Positions 9,026 to 18,697 of a DNA stretch of 64,000 nucleotides are shown here, one piece after another. Below the pieces are notes generated by a model. The model was not told the origin of the DNA and made no database searches. It worked only from the letters and a program-made list of their open reading frames with translations. Position numbers and translations under genes: made by a program. The stretch is from an uncultured Syntrophaceae bacterium (GTDB taxonomy: Bacteria > Desulfobacterota > Syntrophia > Syntrophales > UBA2185): positions 41,533 through 105,532 of the forward strand of contig CAZIQY010000001.1 in the NCBI GenBank assembly GCA_964541605.1, written 5' to 3'. The stretch's first letter is position 1, and every line of letters starts with the position of its first letter.

Positions 9026-12000
9026 TTACCCGGTATGGGATGAACCACGAATCCCCTTATGATAATTCTGCAGAGACTTCGCCCTTCCGTGCCCCCTTCT
9101 GAAAGCGGCGATCCCCTTTGCTGCCGCCGTAGCTGCCGCTATCGTTGTAATATAAGGGATCTTGTATTTGATGGCAGCCTTGCGGATGTACGAATCATCG
9201 TGTTTGCTCAGCCTGCCGCTCGGTGTATTGATGATGAGATGAATCTCCCTGTTCTTAATGCCGTCAGCAATATTGGGGCGCCCCTCATGCATCTTATAAA
9301 TAGGCTCCGTCTCAATGCCATGAGTTGCTAGAAATCTGCAGGTCCCTTCGGTTGCCTTGATCCGGAACCCGAGCTTCATAAACTCCCGGGCAACCTCCAG
9401 GGCGCCGGGTTTATCTCTATCCGTCGCCGTAATCAAGACAGTGCCCTCTCCCGGAAGCAACTGATTGGCAGCCTCCTGGGCCTTGTAAAAGGCAAGACCG
9501 AATGAATCTGCAAGCCCCAGAACCTCTCCCGTGGAACGCATTTCCGGTCCCAGAACCGGATCAACCTCCTGAAACATGTTGAAGGGAAAGACAGCCTCTT
9601 TCACTCCGAAATGGGAAAATGGTCTTGATATCAGGCCAATATCCGCGAGTTTCCTGCCCAACATGATCTGGGTTGCAGCACGCGCCATGGATATATTGCA
9701 AACCTTTGATACCAGAGGCACAGTACGGGAAGCACGGGGATTGGCCTCAAGAATATAGACCACATCTCCTGCGATGGCATACTGGATATTCATCAAGCCG
9801 ATCACTTTAAATTCCACAGCGATCCGGCGGGTGTATTCGCAAATGGTATCGATATGTCGGGGTGATATGTTGATGGGGGGAATGACGCAGGCGGAATCCC
9901 CGGAGTGAACGCCTGCAAGCTCGATATGTTCCATCACCGTGGGAACAAAAACATCCCTTCCGTCGGAAATGGCGTCTGCTTCCACCTCGATGGCGTTCTC
10001 CAGAAACTTGTCAATGAGGATGGGGCGTTCAGGCGTCACGCCTACGGCCGCAGCGACATACCGTTTCAGCATCTCCTCATCATACACCACCTCCATGCCC
10101 CTTCCGCCAAGAACATAGGACGGTCTCACCATCAGAGGATAGCCGATCTTTTCCGCAATCTGAATCGCTTCCCCAAGGGTACTTGCCATGCCTGACTCGG
10201 GCATGGGAATACCCAGTTTCTTCATCTTTTGACGAAAACGATCACGATCCTCCGCCAGGTCAATGGTTTCGGGAGATGTTCCAAGGATTTTGACGCCTGC
10301 CCGGGCGAGTTCATTGGCAATATTGAGGGGCGTCTGCCCCCCGAACTGGACGATGACCCCTTCAGGTTTTTCCTTTTCATAAATACTCAGCACATCCTCC
10401 ACCGTGAGCGGTTCAAAATAGAGTTTGTCGGATGTATCATAATCTGTGGAAACGGTCTCAGGGTTACAGTTGATCATGATGGACTCAAACCCTTCATCGC
10501 GAATGGCGAATGCGGCGTGCACACAGCAGTAGTCAAACTCAATCCCCTGTCCGATCCGATTCGGACCCCCGCCCAGGACCATGACCTTTTTTCTGTCACT
10601 GACGCTTACACGATCCGGAGCATTATACGTGGAAAAATAGTACGCTGCATTCTCCACACCACTGACGGGTACAGAATCCCAGGTCTGTCCCATACCCAGA
10701 ATCAGGCGATGTTTTCGAATGGCCTCCTCCGGAACGCCGAGGATATGAGAAAGATACCGGTCGGAAAATCCATCCTTCTTCGCTGCTGACAGGAGATCGT
10801 CCGGCAATGTCCGGCCTTTAAATGCCAGTATTTTTTCCTCCAGCGCCACGAGTTCCTTCATCTGCCCGATAAACCAGTGCTTGATATAGGTCTTTCTGAA
10901 GAGGGCATCAATGGAGGCGCCTTTTCTCAAGGCCTCATACATGACAAACTGTCGCTCACTGGATGGTTCCGCCAGAAGATCCATCAATTCATCGAGAGTC
11001 CGGTCGTGGAAATCCCTGGCAAAGCCAAGCCCGTAATGTCCTTTTTCAAGAGAACGAATCGATTTTTGAAAAGCTTCCTTGTACGTTTTTCCGATACTCA
11101 TCACCTCGCCGACGGCGCGCATCTGAGTCCCCAGTTTGTCTTCCACTCCGGGAAATTTTTCAAAATCCCAGCGGGCGAACTTGACGACCACATAATCCCC
11201 CGACGGCGTGTATTTATCAAGGGTCCCCTCACGCCAGTAAGGGATTTCATCCAGTGTCATGCCGGCAGCCAGCATGGAGGAAATCATGGCAATCGGAAAA
11301 CCTGTCGCCTTCGACGCGAGGGCGGAAGAACGGGATGTCCTGGGATTGATTTCGATGACCACGACCCTCCCGTCTTCCGGGTTATGGGCGAACTGGATGT
11401 TTGTTCCGCCGATGACCTGAATGGCCTCTACAATATCATAGGAATACTTTTGAAGCCGTCGTTGCAGTTCCGGATCAATGGTCAGCATGGGAGCGGTGCA
11501 GTAAGAGTCCCCTGTGTGAACCCCCATGGTGTCCACATTTTCAATAAAACACACCGTGATCATCCGGTTTTTTGCATCTCTTACAACCTCAAGCTCCAAC
11601 TCTTCCCAACCCAGAACGGATTCCTCAACAAGGATCTGGCCTACGAGACTGGCCGATATGCCGCGACTGGCAACTGTTTTCAGATCTTCCAGATTATAAA
11701 CGAGACCGCCGCCTGTGCCTCCCATGGTGTAAGCGGGGCGAATCACAACGGGATAACCGAGTTGCGCCGCAATTCCCTGGGCTTCTTCAACGGTGAAAGC
11801 GGGCTCACTTTTGGGCATATCGATCCCAAGCCGGTTCATGGTTTCTTTGAAGGCGATCCTGTCTTCTCCCCTCTCAATGGCATCCACCTGAACGCCGATG
11901 ACTTTTACGCCGTATTTATCGAGAATCCCCGCCCGGGCAAGTTCGGAAGTGAGATTGAGCCCCGTCTGCCCTCCAAGATTCGGAAGAATGGCATCCGGCC

Positions 12001-12244
12001 GCTCGTTCTCGATGATCTCAACCATGGCCTGCAGATTGAGGGGTTCAATATAGGTGACATCGGCCATACCGGGATCCGTCATAATGGTGGCCGGGTTGGA
12101 ATTCACAAGCACAATTTCATAACCCAGTTTTCTGAGCGCCTTACAGGCCTGGGTTCCCGAATAATCAAACTCACACGCCTGACCGATTACGATCGGGCCG
12201 GAGCCGATAATCATCACCTTCTTGATATCATCTCGCCTTGGCAT
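9026..12244 (-). CDS. carB: carbamoyl-phosphate synthase large subunit
   Basis: 1072 aa. Duplicated ATP-grasp halves (IIGSGPIVIGQACEFDYSG / VLGGGPNRIGQGIEFDYC) and a C-terminal MGS-like domain. No carA is adjacent. Confidence 0.98.
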   Translation of the reverse strand: MPRRDDIKKVMIIGSGPIVIGQACEFDYSGTQACKALRKLGYEIVLVNSNPATIMTDPGMADVTYIEPLNLQAMVEIIENERPDAILPNLGGQTGLNLTSELARAGILDKYGVKVIGVQVDAIERGEDRIAFKETMNRLGIDMPKSEPAFTVEEAQGIAAQLGYPVVIRPAYTMGGTGGGLVYNLEDLKTVASRGISASLVGQILVEESVLGWEELELEVVRDAKNRMITVCFIENVDTMGVHTGDSYCTAPMLTIDPELQRRLQKYSYDIVEAIQVIGGTNIQFAHNPEDGRVVVIEINPRTSRSSALASKATGFPIAMISSMLAAGMTLDEIPYWREGTLDKYTPSGDYVVVKFARWDFEKFPGVEDKLGTQMRAVGEVMSIGKTYKEAFQKSIRSLEKGHYGLGFARDFHDRTLDELMDLLAEPSSERQFVMYEALRKGASIDALFRKTYIKHWFIGQMKELVALEEKILAFKGRTLPDDLLSAAKKDGFSDRYLSHILGVPEEAIRKHRLILGMGQTWDSVPVSGVENAAYYFSTYNAPDRVSVSDRKKVMVLGGGPNRIGQGIEFDYCCVHAAFAIRDEGFESIMINCNPETVSTDYDTSDKLYFEPLTVEDVLSIYEKEKPEGVIVQFGGQTPLNIANELARAGVKILGTSPETIDLAEDRDRFRQKMKKLGIPMPESGMASTLGEAIQIAEKIGYPLMVRPSYVLGGRGMEVVYDEEMLKRYVAAAVGVTPERPILIDKFLENAIEVEADAISDGRDVFVPTVMEHIELAGVHSGDSACVIPPINISPRHIDTICEYTRRIAVEFKVIGLMNIQYAIAGDVVYILEANPRASRTVPLVSKVCNISMARAATQIMLGRKLADIGLISRPFSHFGVKEAVFPFNMFQEVDPVLGPEMRSTGEVLGLADSFGLAFYKAQEAANQLLPGEGTVLITATDRDKPGALEVAREFMKLGFRIKATEGTCRFLATHGIETEPIYKMHEGRPNIADGIKNREIHLIINTPSGRLSKHDDSYIRKAAIKYKIPYITTIAAATAAAKGIAAFRRGHGRAKSLQNYHKGIRGSSHTG

Positions 12245-12280
12245 CGTTAAAAATGTGTCCTCTCTGAAGAAGTTTATTCA

Positions 12281-13384
12281 TCATGACCGGATCCCCTCAA
12301 TTACACTCCTCAACGCTTGCAAAAATTCCCCATTTTCTTCCCGGCTCCCGACGGTCACCCTCATACAGTTTTTTAAAACTCCGGGGCCGTTGAGGTTTTT
12401 AATCAACACCCCCCTGGCAATGAGGTCTTCATGTATGCGATCCGCATCTAAATCGCAACGTAAAAAGATGAAATTCGCATCCGTCGGACAGGGATGAATC
12501 CCTCCTATCTTCCTCAACGCCTCGAAGAGTTCATTTCGTCTTTTGACGACCTCCGCTGCCTGATTCAAAAAAAACGTCAGATGGTCCATATAGAAGCCTG
12601 CCGCGACCTGGGAAAGGGCATTGATGTTATAGGGAAGCCTCACCTTATCAAGCTCACGAACAAAAGAGGCCCGGCCTATAAGAAAACCGAGCCTCATGGC
12701 AGCCAGACCCACCTTGGAGAGGGTTTTTAAAATCATCAGGTTATCGTATTTCGAAAACAGCGGTAACAGCGTCTTCCCCGAGAAGTATCCGTAGGCTTCA
12801 TCAACGACCACGATTCCCGACGATTTTGCGATGATGGCCTCGATCTTTGTCTCGTCGAAGCAATTGCCCGTCGGGCTGTTCGGGTAACTGATAAACACCA
12901 GTGCGGGATTTCTTCTTTCAATTTGATCCAGCGTGGCATTCAGGTCCAGATCAAATGTCGTCGCTTCAAGAGGCGTCTCAATAACCACCCGGCCTGCATT
13001 CATGGCAATGATCCGGTACATCACAAAAGTGGGAACGGGTGCCATGACGGCCGCGCTCTTATCTGACAGGGCCGTACACAGGATATGGATCAGTTCATCA
13101 GAGCCGTTACCAACCATCAGCATATCCTGTTTTACTCCGTAATGCTGAGCAAACCTTTCCCGAATCAGGGGAGACCCCGGATCAGGATACCGGTTCAGAT
13201 GAACCTTTTTCATCTCTTCGAACAGGGCATCCTTCAGGGACGGCGAAAGGGTGAAGGGGCTCTCATTCGCATCCAGCTTGATCCTGCAGGAAACAACGCC
13301 TGCATGATATCCACCCTGCCGGCGTATCTCTTCTCTTATGAGAGTCATTATATCCATGCCCTGCAACCGCCTTCCATATTCCAT
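12281..13384 (-). CDS. hisC: histidinol-phosphate aminotransferase
   Basis: 367 aa class-II aminotransferase (LDANESP, NRYPDP, NPNSPTG-like YPNSPTGN, PLP-lysine region TLSKVGLAAMRLG). The true start may be the internal MTLIREE Met near 13348, which would remove the 37-nt overlap with the upstream gene. Confidence 0.9.
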   Translation of the reverse strand: MEYGRRLQGMDIMTLIREEIRRQGGYHAGVVSCRIKLDANESPFTLSPSLKDALFEEMKKVHLNRYPDPGSPLIRERFAQHYGVKQDMLMVGNGSDELIHILCTALSDKSAAVMAPVPTFVMYRIIAMNAGRVVIETPLEATTFDLDLNATLDQIERRNPALVFISYPNSPTGNCFDETKIEAIIAKSSGIVVVDEAYGYFSGKTLLPLFSKYDNLMILKTLSKVGLAAMRLGFLIGRASFVRELDKVRLPYNINALSQVAAGFYMDHLTFFLNQAAEVVKRRNELFEALRKIGGIHPCPTDANFIFLRCDLDADRIHEDLIARGVLIKNLNGPGVLKNCMRVTVGSREENGEFLQALRSVIEGIRS

Positions 13385-14181
13385 CGTTCATTCATGTACT
13401 TATGCGTCATCAAAACCGCCTTGATTTCTTCTTCTTCAGGGCTCAGCTCTCCCTTGACCAATTCGATACCCAGGGTCTTCTCAAAACCCGTCATTAACGC
13501 ACGGCAGACCATACCTACATCCACCGCCCGATCCGTATGCTCACTGACCGACGTCACCGATTGTTTCATCCGGAGAATTTGACGTTCGTAATCTCCGGAA
13601 CGGGGCAGCATGACATCACAGGTCTTGAAAGGATTGAACTCCATCAGGATGGAGCCATGCTGAAGGAAAATACCGTGGGATCTTACCTGGGCGCTCCCGC
13701 ATATTTTCCGGTTTTTAACCAGGAGCTCATACCGGGAAGGCGATGAAAAGCATGAGGCCTTCAGAGAATCGCCATTCGGCGCCCGGCTGTTACCTTCCAT
13801 TTCCGCTTCGATACCAAGAAGAGCCAGGCCACCGGCGATGCAACGACTGATGACCCGGTATGTTCCAAGTATATCCGCCGGGAACAGGGGGTTTGAATCC
13901 CTACCGACAACGGCATAGGTCACATCTCCCTCATGCAGGACCGCTTTTCCCCCTGTCGGACGTCGAACAACAGGGATGTTCTTACGTCGACACGCCTCTA
14001 TATCGACTTCTTTTTCTACATCCTGAAAGTACCCCAGTGATACCGTGGGGAATTTCCAGCCATAAAACCTGAGGGTCGGCGGCATGTCTTCGTGCTGATG
14101 GAACCGGAAAATGGCTTCATCAATGGCCATATTCTCGAAGGCACCCAGTCGTTCGAAAGGAAGAAATCTCCATTGCATCAA
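13348..14181 (-). CDS. lipoate-protein ligase A / octanoyltransferase (BPL_LplA_LipB) family protein, catalytic domain only
   Basis: 277 aa. ENMAIDEA, TLRFYGW..PTVSLGYFQ, VVRR.TGG.AV.H and K.CGSAQ.R....LQHGS motifs of the LplA/LipM family. There is no LplA C-terminal accessory domain. Confidence 0.8.
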   Translation of the reverse strand: MMQWRFLPFERLGAFENMAIDEAIFRFHQHEDMPPTLRFYGWKFPTVSLGYFQDVEKEVDIEACRRKNIPVVRRPTGGKAVLHEGDVTYAVVGRDSNPLFPADILGTYRVISRCIAGGLALLGIEAEMEGNSRAPNGDSLKASCFSSPSRYELLVKNRKICGSAQVRSHGIFLQHGSILMEFNPFKTCDVMLPRSGDYERQILRMKQSVTSVSEHTDRAVDVGMVCRALMTGFEKTLGIELVKGELSPEEEEIKAVLMTHKYMNERWNMEGGCRAWI

Positions 14182-14187
14182 AGAAAG

Positions 14188-14586
14188 TTAACCATCCCCC
14201 GCTTCCCTGAGCACGAAATCATGATATTCCCCGGAATCCAGAAGATCATCAAGCTCCTCCGGATCATTCATCTCCACAACAATCATCCACCCTGTGTCAT
14301 GGGGATCGCTGTTGATGATACCAATATCATCCGTGATATCATCGTTGACGCTGATCACCTCACCGCTGACCGGGGAAATGAGTTCAAAAACACCCTTTGC
14401 GGATTCAATCGCTCCAAAGGGCTCATCCCGTTCCACAGAGTCATCTGTCTCGGGAAGTTCAAGGGAAAGGACCTCTCCCAATTTCTCCTGAGCATAATCC
14501 GTAATGCCGATGGTCGCCAGATCACCTTCAACTCTGACCCATGTGTGTTCCCGATTGTAAAGCAGATCATCCGGAAAAACCTTCAT
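14188..14586 (-). CDS. gcvH: glycine cleavage system H protein / lipoyl carrier
   Basis: 132 aa. Y...HTWV......ATIGITDYAQ..LG and the lipoyl-lysine motif ESAKGVFELISPVSGEV. No gcvT or gcvP lies nearby. Confidence 0.92.
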   Translation of the reverse strand: MKVFPDDLLYNREHTWVRVEGDLATIGITDYAQEKLGEVLSLELPETDDSVERDEPFGAIESAKGVFELISPVSGEVISVNDDITDDIGIINSDPHDTGWMIVVEMNDPEELDDLLDSGEYHDFVLREAGDG

Positions 14587-14639
14587 ATTTAAACATCCTG
14601 CTGCTATTTTGATGGTTTCGTAAAAAGTCCATTTTGGCC

Positions 14640-14745
14640 CGTTTTTGTCATTCCGGCGAATCCCGGATCGGAGTCCGGGACAGGCGCGGGAATCCAGTAT
14701 TTTCAGCCATTACCTGGATTCTGGGTCAAGTCCGGAATGACAGAA
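14640..14745. repeat. nested-palindrome intergenic element (MITE/REP-like)
   Basis: Outer inverted repeat TGTCATTCCGG (14646-14656) / CCGGAATGACA (14732-14742). Inner hairpin TCCCGGA...TCCGGGA (14661-14680), plus GGAATCCAG / CTGGATTCT. A conceptual translation gives the VIPA...AGIQ / VRNDRKG-type pseudo-peptides that I recognise from repeat-derived hypothetical proteins in anaerobe genomes. Confidence 0.55.
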
Positions 14746-14765
14746 AAGGGAATTTTTCAAAGGTC

Positions 14766-15872
14766 TTAATTCAATACGGTGAAGCCCTTGGGCATTTTCG
14801 TCAGGACTTCACACCCATCTTCCTTCACCAGAACCATGTCCTCAATCCGTATCCCCCAGAGGTTCGGTATATAGACACCCGGCTCTATGGTCACAACCAT
14901 TCCCTTCTTCAATACATGCTCGGATTGGATCGAGATTCTCGGCGCCTCGTGGACATCCAGACCTACCCCATGCCCTGTACCGTGGGAAAAATATTCCCCG
15001 AGGGTTTTGCTCTCTATAAATGATCTCGCCACGCGGTCAATCTCTCTGCACGGCACACCCGGCCTCACTGCTTCCAGCGCCCGGTCATGCGCCTCCTTGA
15101 CCACGGCATATACTTCTTTCTGCCTGTTTTCTCCGTTTCCGATCGCAACCGTCCAGGTTTCATCAGAATGATACCCCTGATACACAGAACCGCAATCAAT
15201 CATCACGACATCCCCTCTCTCGATTCTGCGCGATCCGGGTTTTGCATGGGGCAACGAAGAATTGGCGCCGGACGCCACAATGGTCGGGAAAGCAATCTGG
15301 TCGGCGCCACATCTTCCCATTCTGAATTCCAGCTCCAGAGCGATGTTTTTCTCTCTTACCCCCGGCTTGATCAGCTCACGAACATCCGTCAAGGCACGGG
15401 AAGAGATTTCTGCTGCCTTTCTCATGCGGGCGATTTCCGTTTCATCCTTGACGGTTCTGATCGCAGAGATTTCATCGGATATCGGCTTGAGGGCCACCCT
15501 TTTCATCTTGCTTTTCAGTTTTAAATACGAATGGACATTCATGGCCGCTGCTTCAAAACCGACGGTTTTTATGCCGCTGTCCATCAGAGCGGATTCGATG
15601 CCGTCAGCCTTTTCCCGATACTCAACAACCGCAACATCTCCCACTTCTCCCTGCGCCTGACGCGTATAGCGGCCGTCGACCAGCAGGGTTTTTTGATCCT
15701 TTCCGATCAGCAAGGCCCCGTCACTGCCCGTAAAGCCTGTCAGGTAGCGGATATTCTTCATGTCCAGAAAGAGGATCGCGTCCACACGTAAATCGGGAAG
15801 CCCCGACCGGATCCGCGAGATTCTTTCAGAGGGAACCGGCGCGTCAGGAAGCATAATGGCGTATCCTGTCAA
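14766..15872 (-). CDS. M24 family Xaa-Pro aminopeptidase
   Basis: 368 aa. Creatinase/prolidase N-domain followed by a pita-bread fold with metal ligands (D.G..Y.GY.SD, HG.GHG.G..VHE, EPG.Y, G.RIED). Confidence 0.88.
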   Translation of the reverse strand: MTGYAIMLPDAPVPSERISRIRSGLPDLRVDAILFLDMKNIRYLTGFTGSDGALLIGKDQKTLLVDGRYTRQAQGEVGDVAVVEYREKADGIESALMDSGIKTVGFEAAAMNVHSYLKLKSKMKRVALKPISDEISAIRTVKDETEIARMRKAAEISSRALTDVRELIKPGVREKNIALELEFRMGRCGADQIAFPTIVASGANSSLPHAKPGSRRIERGDVVMIDCGSVYQGYHSDETWTVAIGNGENRQKEVYAVVKEAHDRALEAVRPGVPCREIDRVARSFIESKTLGEYFSHGTGHGVGLDVHEAPRISIQSEHVLKKGMVVTIEPGVYIPNLWGIRIEDMVLVKEDGCEVLTKMPKGFTVLN

Positions 15873-16515
15873 TATTTTTAAGCCAGCGGGTCAGTTCCTG
15901 AACCACCCCCTCTTTATGCTTTTTGTCCCTCAGAATCATGTTGACTTCACCGAGTTTATCCATGGCTGCATGATTTTCCGGATCGTTCTTGAGAATCTCA
16001 TTGAGGACATCCGCCGCCATCTGGAGATAGCCCTGCCTGATGTAAAGTTCCGCAAGGGTTACCGTATAGAAATCAGGCGCAACATGGCTGATGTGGTCAT
16101 CCTGTTCTGCTTCCATTCCATCTGCCGAATCATCCAGGGTAGCTGCAAGTGTACGGAGTTTATCGGATAATTTTTCCGCATCCGTCGTTTCGGGATTGAT
16201 GGATATGAATTTCCGGTAAAACCTGATCGCTTCGCGGGTCAGACCGCCTTCCAGACAGATATCTCCCATGAAAGCGTAGATTCGGGACAACTGGAGGATC
16301 GTATTCTCCACTCCTTCAAGAACTTCCTCGATCCTGTCCAGCTTTCCCGTTTTCATCAGGGCATGACAATACACAATGTTCGCGTCGGTATCCACGGGAT
16401 ACCGCTTGAGCCACGACTCGGCGTAATCGAGAGCTTCTTTATACAAACTCTGATCCAGATACGCCTGGGCCGTTGAAAGAAATGCCGCTTTTTCCTTCAA
16501 GTCATTGTCATGCAT
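15844..16515 (-). CDS. tetratricopeptide-repeat protein
   Basis: TPR-like A/L/Y-periodic helices (YKEALDYAESWLKRYP, AIRFYRKFISINP, LAELYIRQGYLQMAADVLNEILKNDPEN). The start is placed at the MHDND Met (16515). The upstream 40 codons of the listed ORF are Cys-rich and look non-coding. Confidence 0.6.
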   Translation of the reverse strand: MHDNDLKEKAAFLSTAQAYLDQSLYKEALDYAESWLKRYPVDTDANIVYCHALMKTGKLDRIEEVLEGVENTILQLSRIYAFMGDICLEGGLTREAIRFYRKFISINPETTDAEKLSDKLRTLAATLDDSADGMEAEQDDHISHVAPDFYTVTLAELYIRQGYLQMAADVLNEILKNDPENHAAMDKLGEVNMILRDKKHKEGVVQELTRWLKNIDRIRHYAS

Positions 16516-16863
16516 ATCATCTTGTGTTTTAAAGGGTTTTGGCAAGTCTGCAAATAAAATTATCGAGCCGCTGAAAGCTGTAACACAGCACCTATAGTGT
16601 GTCAAGCAAGAAATCCTGCACGTGACACTCTCCATTCAAAGAGCAGAACTTCGCAGATATGGGCTTCCCCATACTACTATGAAGAACTAAGCAGCAATAT
16701 GAGCATTCTGTGAATTTTGCCGAATAACCGGTGAAAATGACAGATTATCAACAGGGAAGCGGATGATGGCCATATCATTCAATCGATGTAGCAGCATGGC
16801 TAATTGGCGGGGATCAAACGTTATCTGTCCATGATTCTCATCTGATGGATGACATCGTATATG

Positions 16864-16880
16864 CTGGCATATTAGTTGCT
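16864..16880 (+). promoter_or_regulatory. candidate sigma-54 (-24/-12) promoter for the minor-pilin operon
   Basis: CTGGCATATTAGTTGCT. The GG (16866-67) and GC (16878-79) have exactly the spacing of the TGGCAC-N5-TTGCW consensus. The element is on the plus strand, ~207 nt upstream of the first pilin-like gene, in a 570-bp AT-rich divergent intergenic region. Confidence 0.45.
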
Positions 16881-17086
16881 GTTTTAAATTGGGTTATTCA
16901 TGCTTGATTTTAACCTTCAGATGTATATAATGGGAAAAACATTGAGAAGTTGTGATGCAGGTCACAACGTAGAATGAAAAAAAGGATATAATGGCTGCAA
17001 CCAATCAAAAAAATCTCTTGCCGAGCGGATAGAGCATGCACTGAAATTGAAACCGGGTACTTTGCAATTCATTTAGGAGAATAGGT

Positions 17087-17560
17087 TTGAGGCGGCGAAA
17101 CGGGTTTTCATTGATAGAATTGATCATTGCCATGGCCATTCTGGCCGTGATGTCAACCATTGCCGTCTTTTCCTGGAACCGCTATGTGACAAACTCCAAT
17201 CTGAGAACGGCGACCCGGGAACTGGAAGCGGATATCTTTCTGATCAAGGAAAGGGCCGTAGCGGAGAGAATCCATTATCGCATTACCCTGAACGTGGGCG
17301 CCAATAATTACACGATTGACCAGGGGGGGGCCGCAACGGGGGATCCGTATAATACCCTTCAGACGAAAAGCCCGGCGACACTTGGATCCGGCAACATCCT
17401 GCTCGACACCACGTTTGCGGGGACGCAGATCATCTTCCAGCCCAGAGGCACCCTGGCAATGGGAACAGGAAATGTGAGACTCCGAAACAATCGAAACTCC
17501 ATCGCGACGATCACCGTGAATATTACAGGAAGAACCCATGTTCAATTTGCGATGCAATAA
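17087..17560 (+). CDS. GspH/FimT-family type IV minor pilin (pseudopilin)
   Basis: 157 aa. Prepilin N-terminal cleavage/methylation motif NG/FSLIELIIAMAILAV. TTG start preceded by AGGAGA. GspH-like body. Confidence 0.8.
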   Translation: MRRRNGFSLIELIIAMAILAVMSTIAVFSWNRYVTNSNLRTATRELEADIFLIKERAVAERIHYRITLNVGANNYTIDQGGAATGDPYNTLQTKSPATLGSGNILLDTTFAGTQIIFQPRGTLAMGTGNVRLRNNRNSIATITVNITGRTHVQFAMQ

Positions 17561-17969
17561 TAAAGGTATCAGCCTTGTCGAAGTGGTCATTGCCATCTTT
17601 CTCACCACCATCGGCGTCCTTGCCGTTCTCTCCCTGCAGCCGTCCGCCTGGCGGACCGCCACCCGTTCGGATTACATGGGCAGGGCCGCGGGGATCCTGC
17701 AGAAAGAACTGGAGACTCGGGAGGTTTTTATCATGAATTGCTGCAACGCCGTCGCTGCGGGCGCCACAATAACCAACGTTCTTGCCAGCGGCGAAGCGGC
17801 GGCGCAGCCGGGCGATGCGACCTTCACGGTGACAACGACGATCACCGAGATCGTCATAAACAGCGCCTGGCGCGTCGACGTCCGGGTTGCCTGGGCCGGC
17901 CATACGGGCATCATAGAAAGCATCGTGGTCACCCGGCAGCAGAGATTTCAGGGAGCGTGCACATGTTGA
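17538..17969 (+). CDS. pilV: type IV pilus minor pilin PilV-like
   Basis: 143 aa. N-terminal KG/ISLVEVVIAIFLTTIGVLAVL prepilin motif. Second gene of the minor-pilin operon, overlapping its neighbours. Confidence 0.75.
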   Translation: MFNLRCNNKGISLVEVVIAIFLTTIGVLAVLSLQPSAWRTATRSDYMGRAAGILQKELETREVFIMNCCNAVAAGATITNVLASGEAAAQPGDATFTVTTTITEIVINSAWRVDVRVAWAGHTGIIESIVVTRQQRFQGACTC

Positions 17970-18697
17970 CGGAGAACAACAAAGGGCTCACCCTGGTCGA
18001 AGTCGTGGTGACGGCCGCCGTTTCCATGATCCTGATGGGCGCCATCTACATGGCCATCAACTCCGCCCAGCGGTCCTCCATGGGCATCGAGCGCAAGGTC
18101 ACGGCGCAGCAGGATGTGCGTCCCGCCCTGGAGCTGATGGGGATGGAAGTCCGGATGGCATCCTACAATCCGACGTTTACGGACACTATCTGGCTTGATC
18201 CGGGAAACTGTTTCAGCGTCTCCCCAAACTTAACTTATCGGGGCATTCAGGATGCGACGCCGACATCTATCATCATTGAAATGGATATCGATTCGACCGG
18301 GGTCGTGGGCGATAACACAAATGAGATTATCAGATATAATTATGATATAGCAAACCAACGCATCACCAGACAGACAAGAACCCCGACCAGTTGCAGCACT
18401 GCGCCAAGCCAGCCTTTCCTGGGCGATGCTATCGGAAGTCTGAATCCGAGAACAGTCCTTGTAGTAAACGATGTCAACGGCGACGGTGCTTATACCGAGG
18501 GCACGGATATTCCTGTGTTCCGTTATTACGATGGATCCGGCGCCCTTATCCCGGAGGCAAGCCTCCCGGCAGCCATTCCGAATATCCGGAGAATCGAAAT
18601 CACCCTGGCCGTCCAGACGGAAGATGTTGATCCCAATACGAACCAGCGGAGATCGCTCATCTATTCAACGAGCGTCATTCCGAGGAATCATAATTGA
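17963..18697 (+). CDS. pilW: type IV pilus minor pilin PilW-like
   Basis: The start is taken at ATG 17963 (MLTENNKG/LTLVEVVVTAAVSMILMGAIY, prepilin motif). The listed ORF start at 17738 adds 75 Arg/His-rich codons overlapping pilV that look spurious. Confidence 0.75.
   Translation: MLTENNKGLTLVEVVVTAAVSMILMGAIYMAINSAQRSSMGIERKVTAQQDVRPALELMGMEVRMASYNPTFTDTIWLDPGNCFSVSPNLTYRGIQDATPTSIIIEMDIDSTGVVGDNTNEIIRYNYDIANQRITRQTRTPTSCSTAPSQPFLGDAIGSLNPRTVLVVNDVNGDGAYTEGTDIPVFRYYDGSGALIPEASLPAAIPNIRRIEITLAVQTEDVDPNTNQRRSLIYSTSVIPRNHN

Noticed and set aside
10877-12250. 457-aa plus-strand ORF antisense to carB
   Set aside because: Shadow ORF of a highly conserved gene, with no motifs.
17738-17962. Upstream 75 codons of the listed pilW ORF
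   Set aside because: The translation is Arg/His-rich nonsense overlapping pilV. A canonical prepilin leader begins at ATG 17963.
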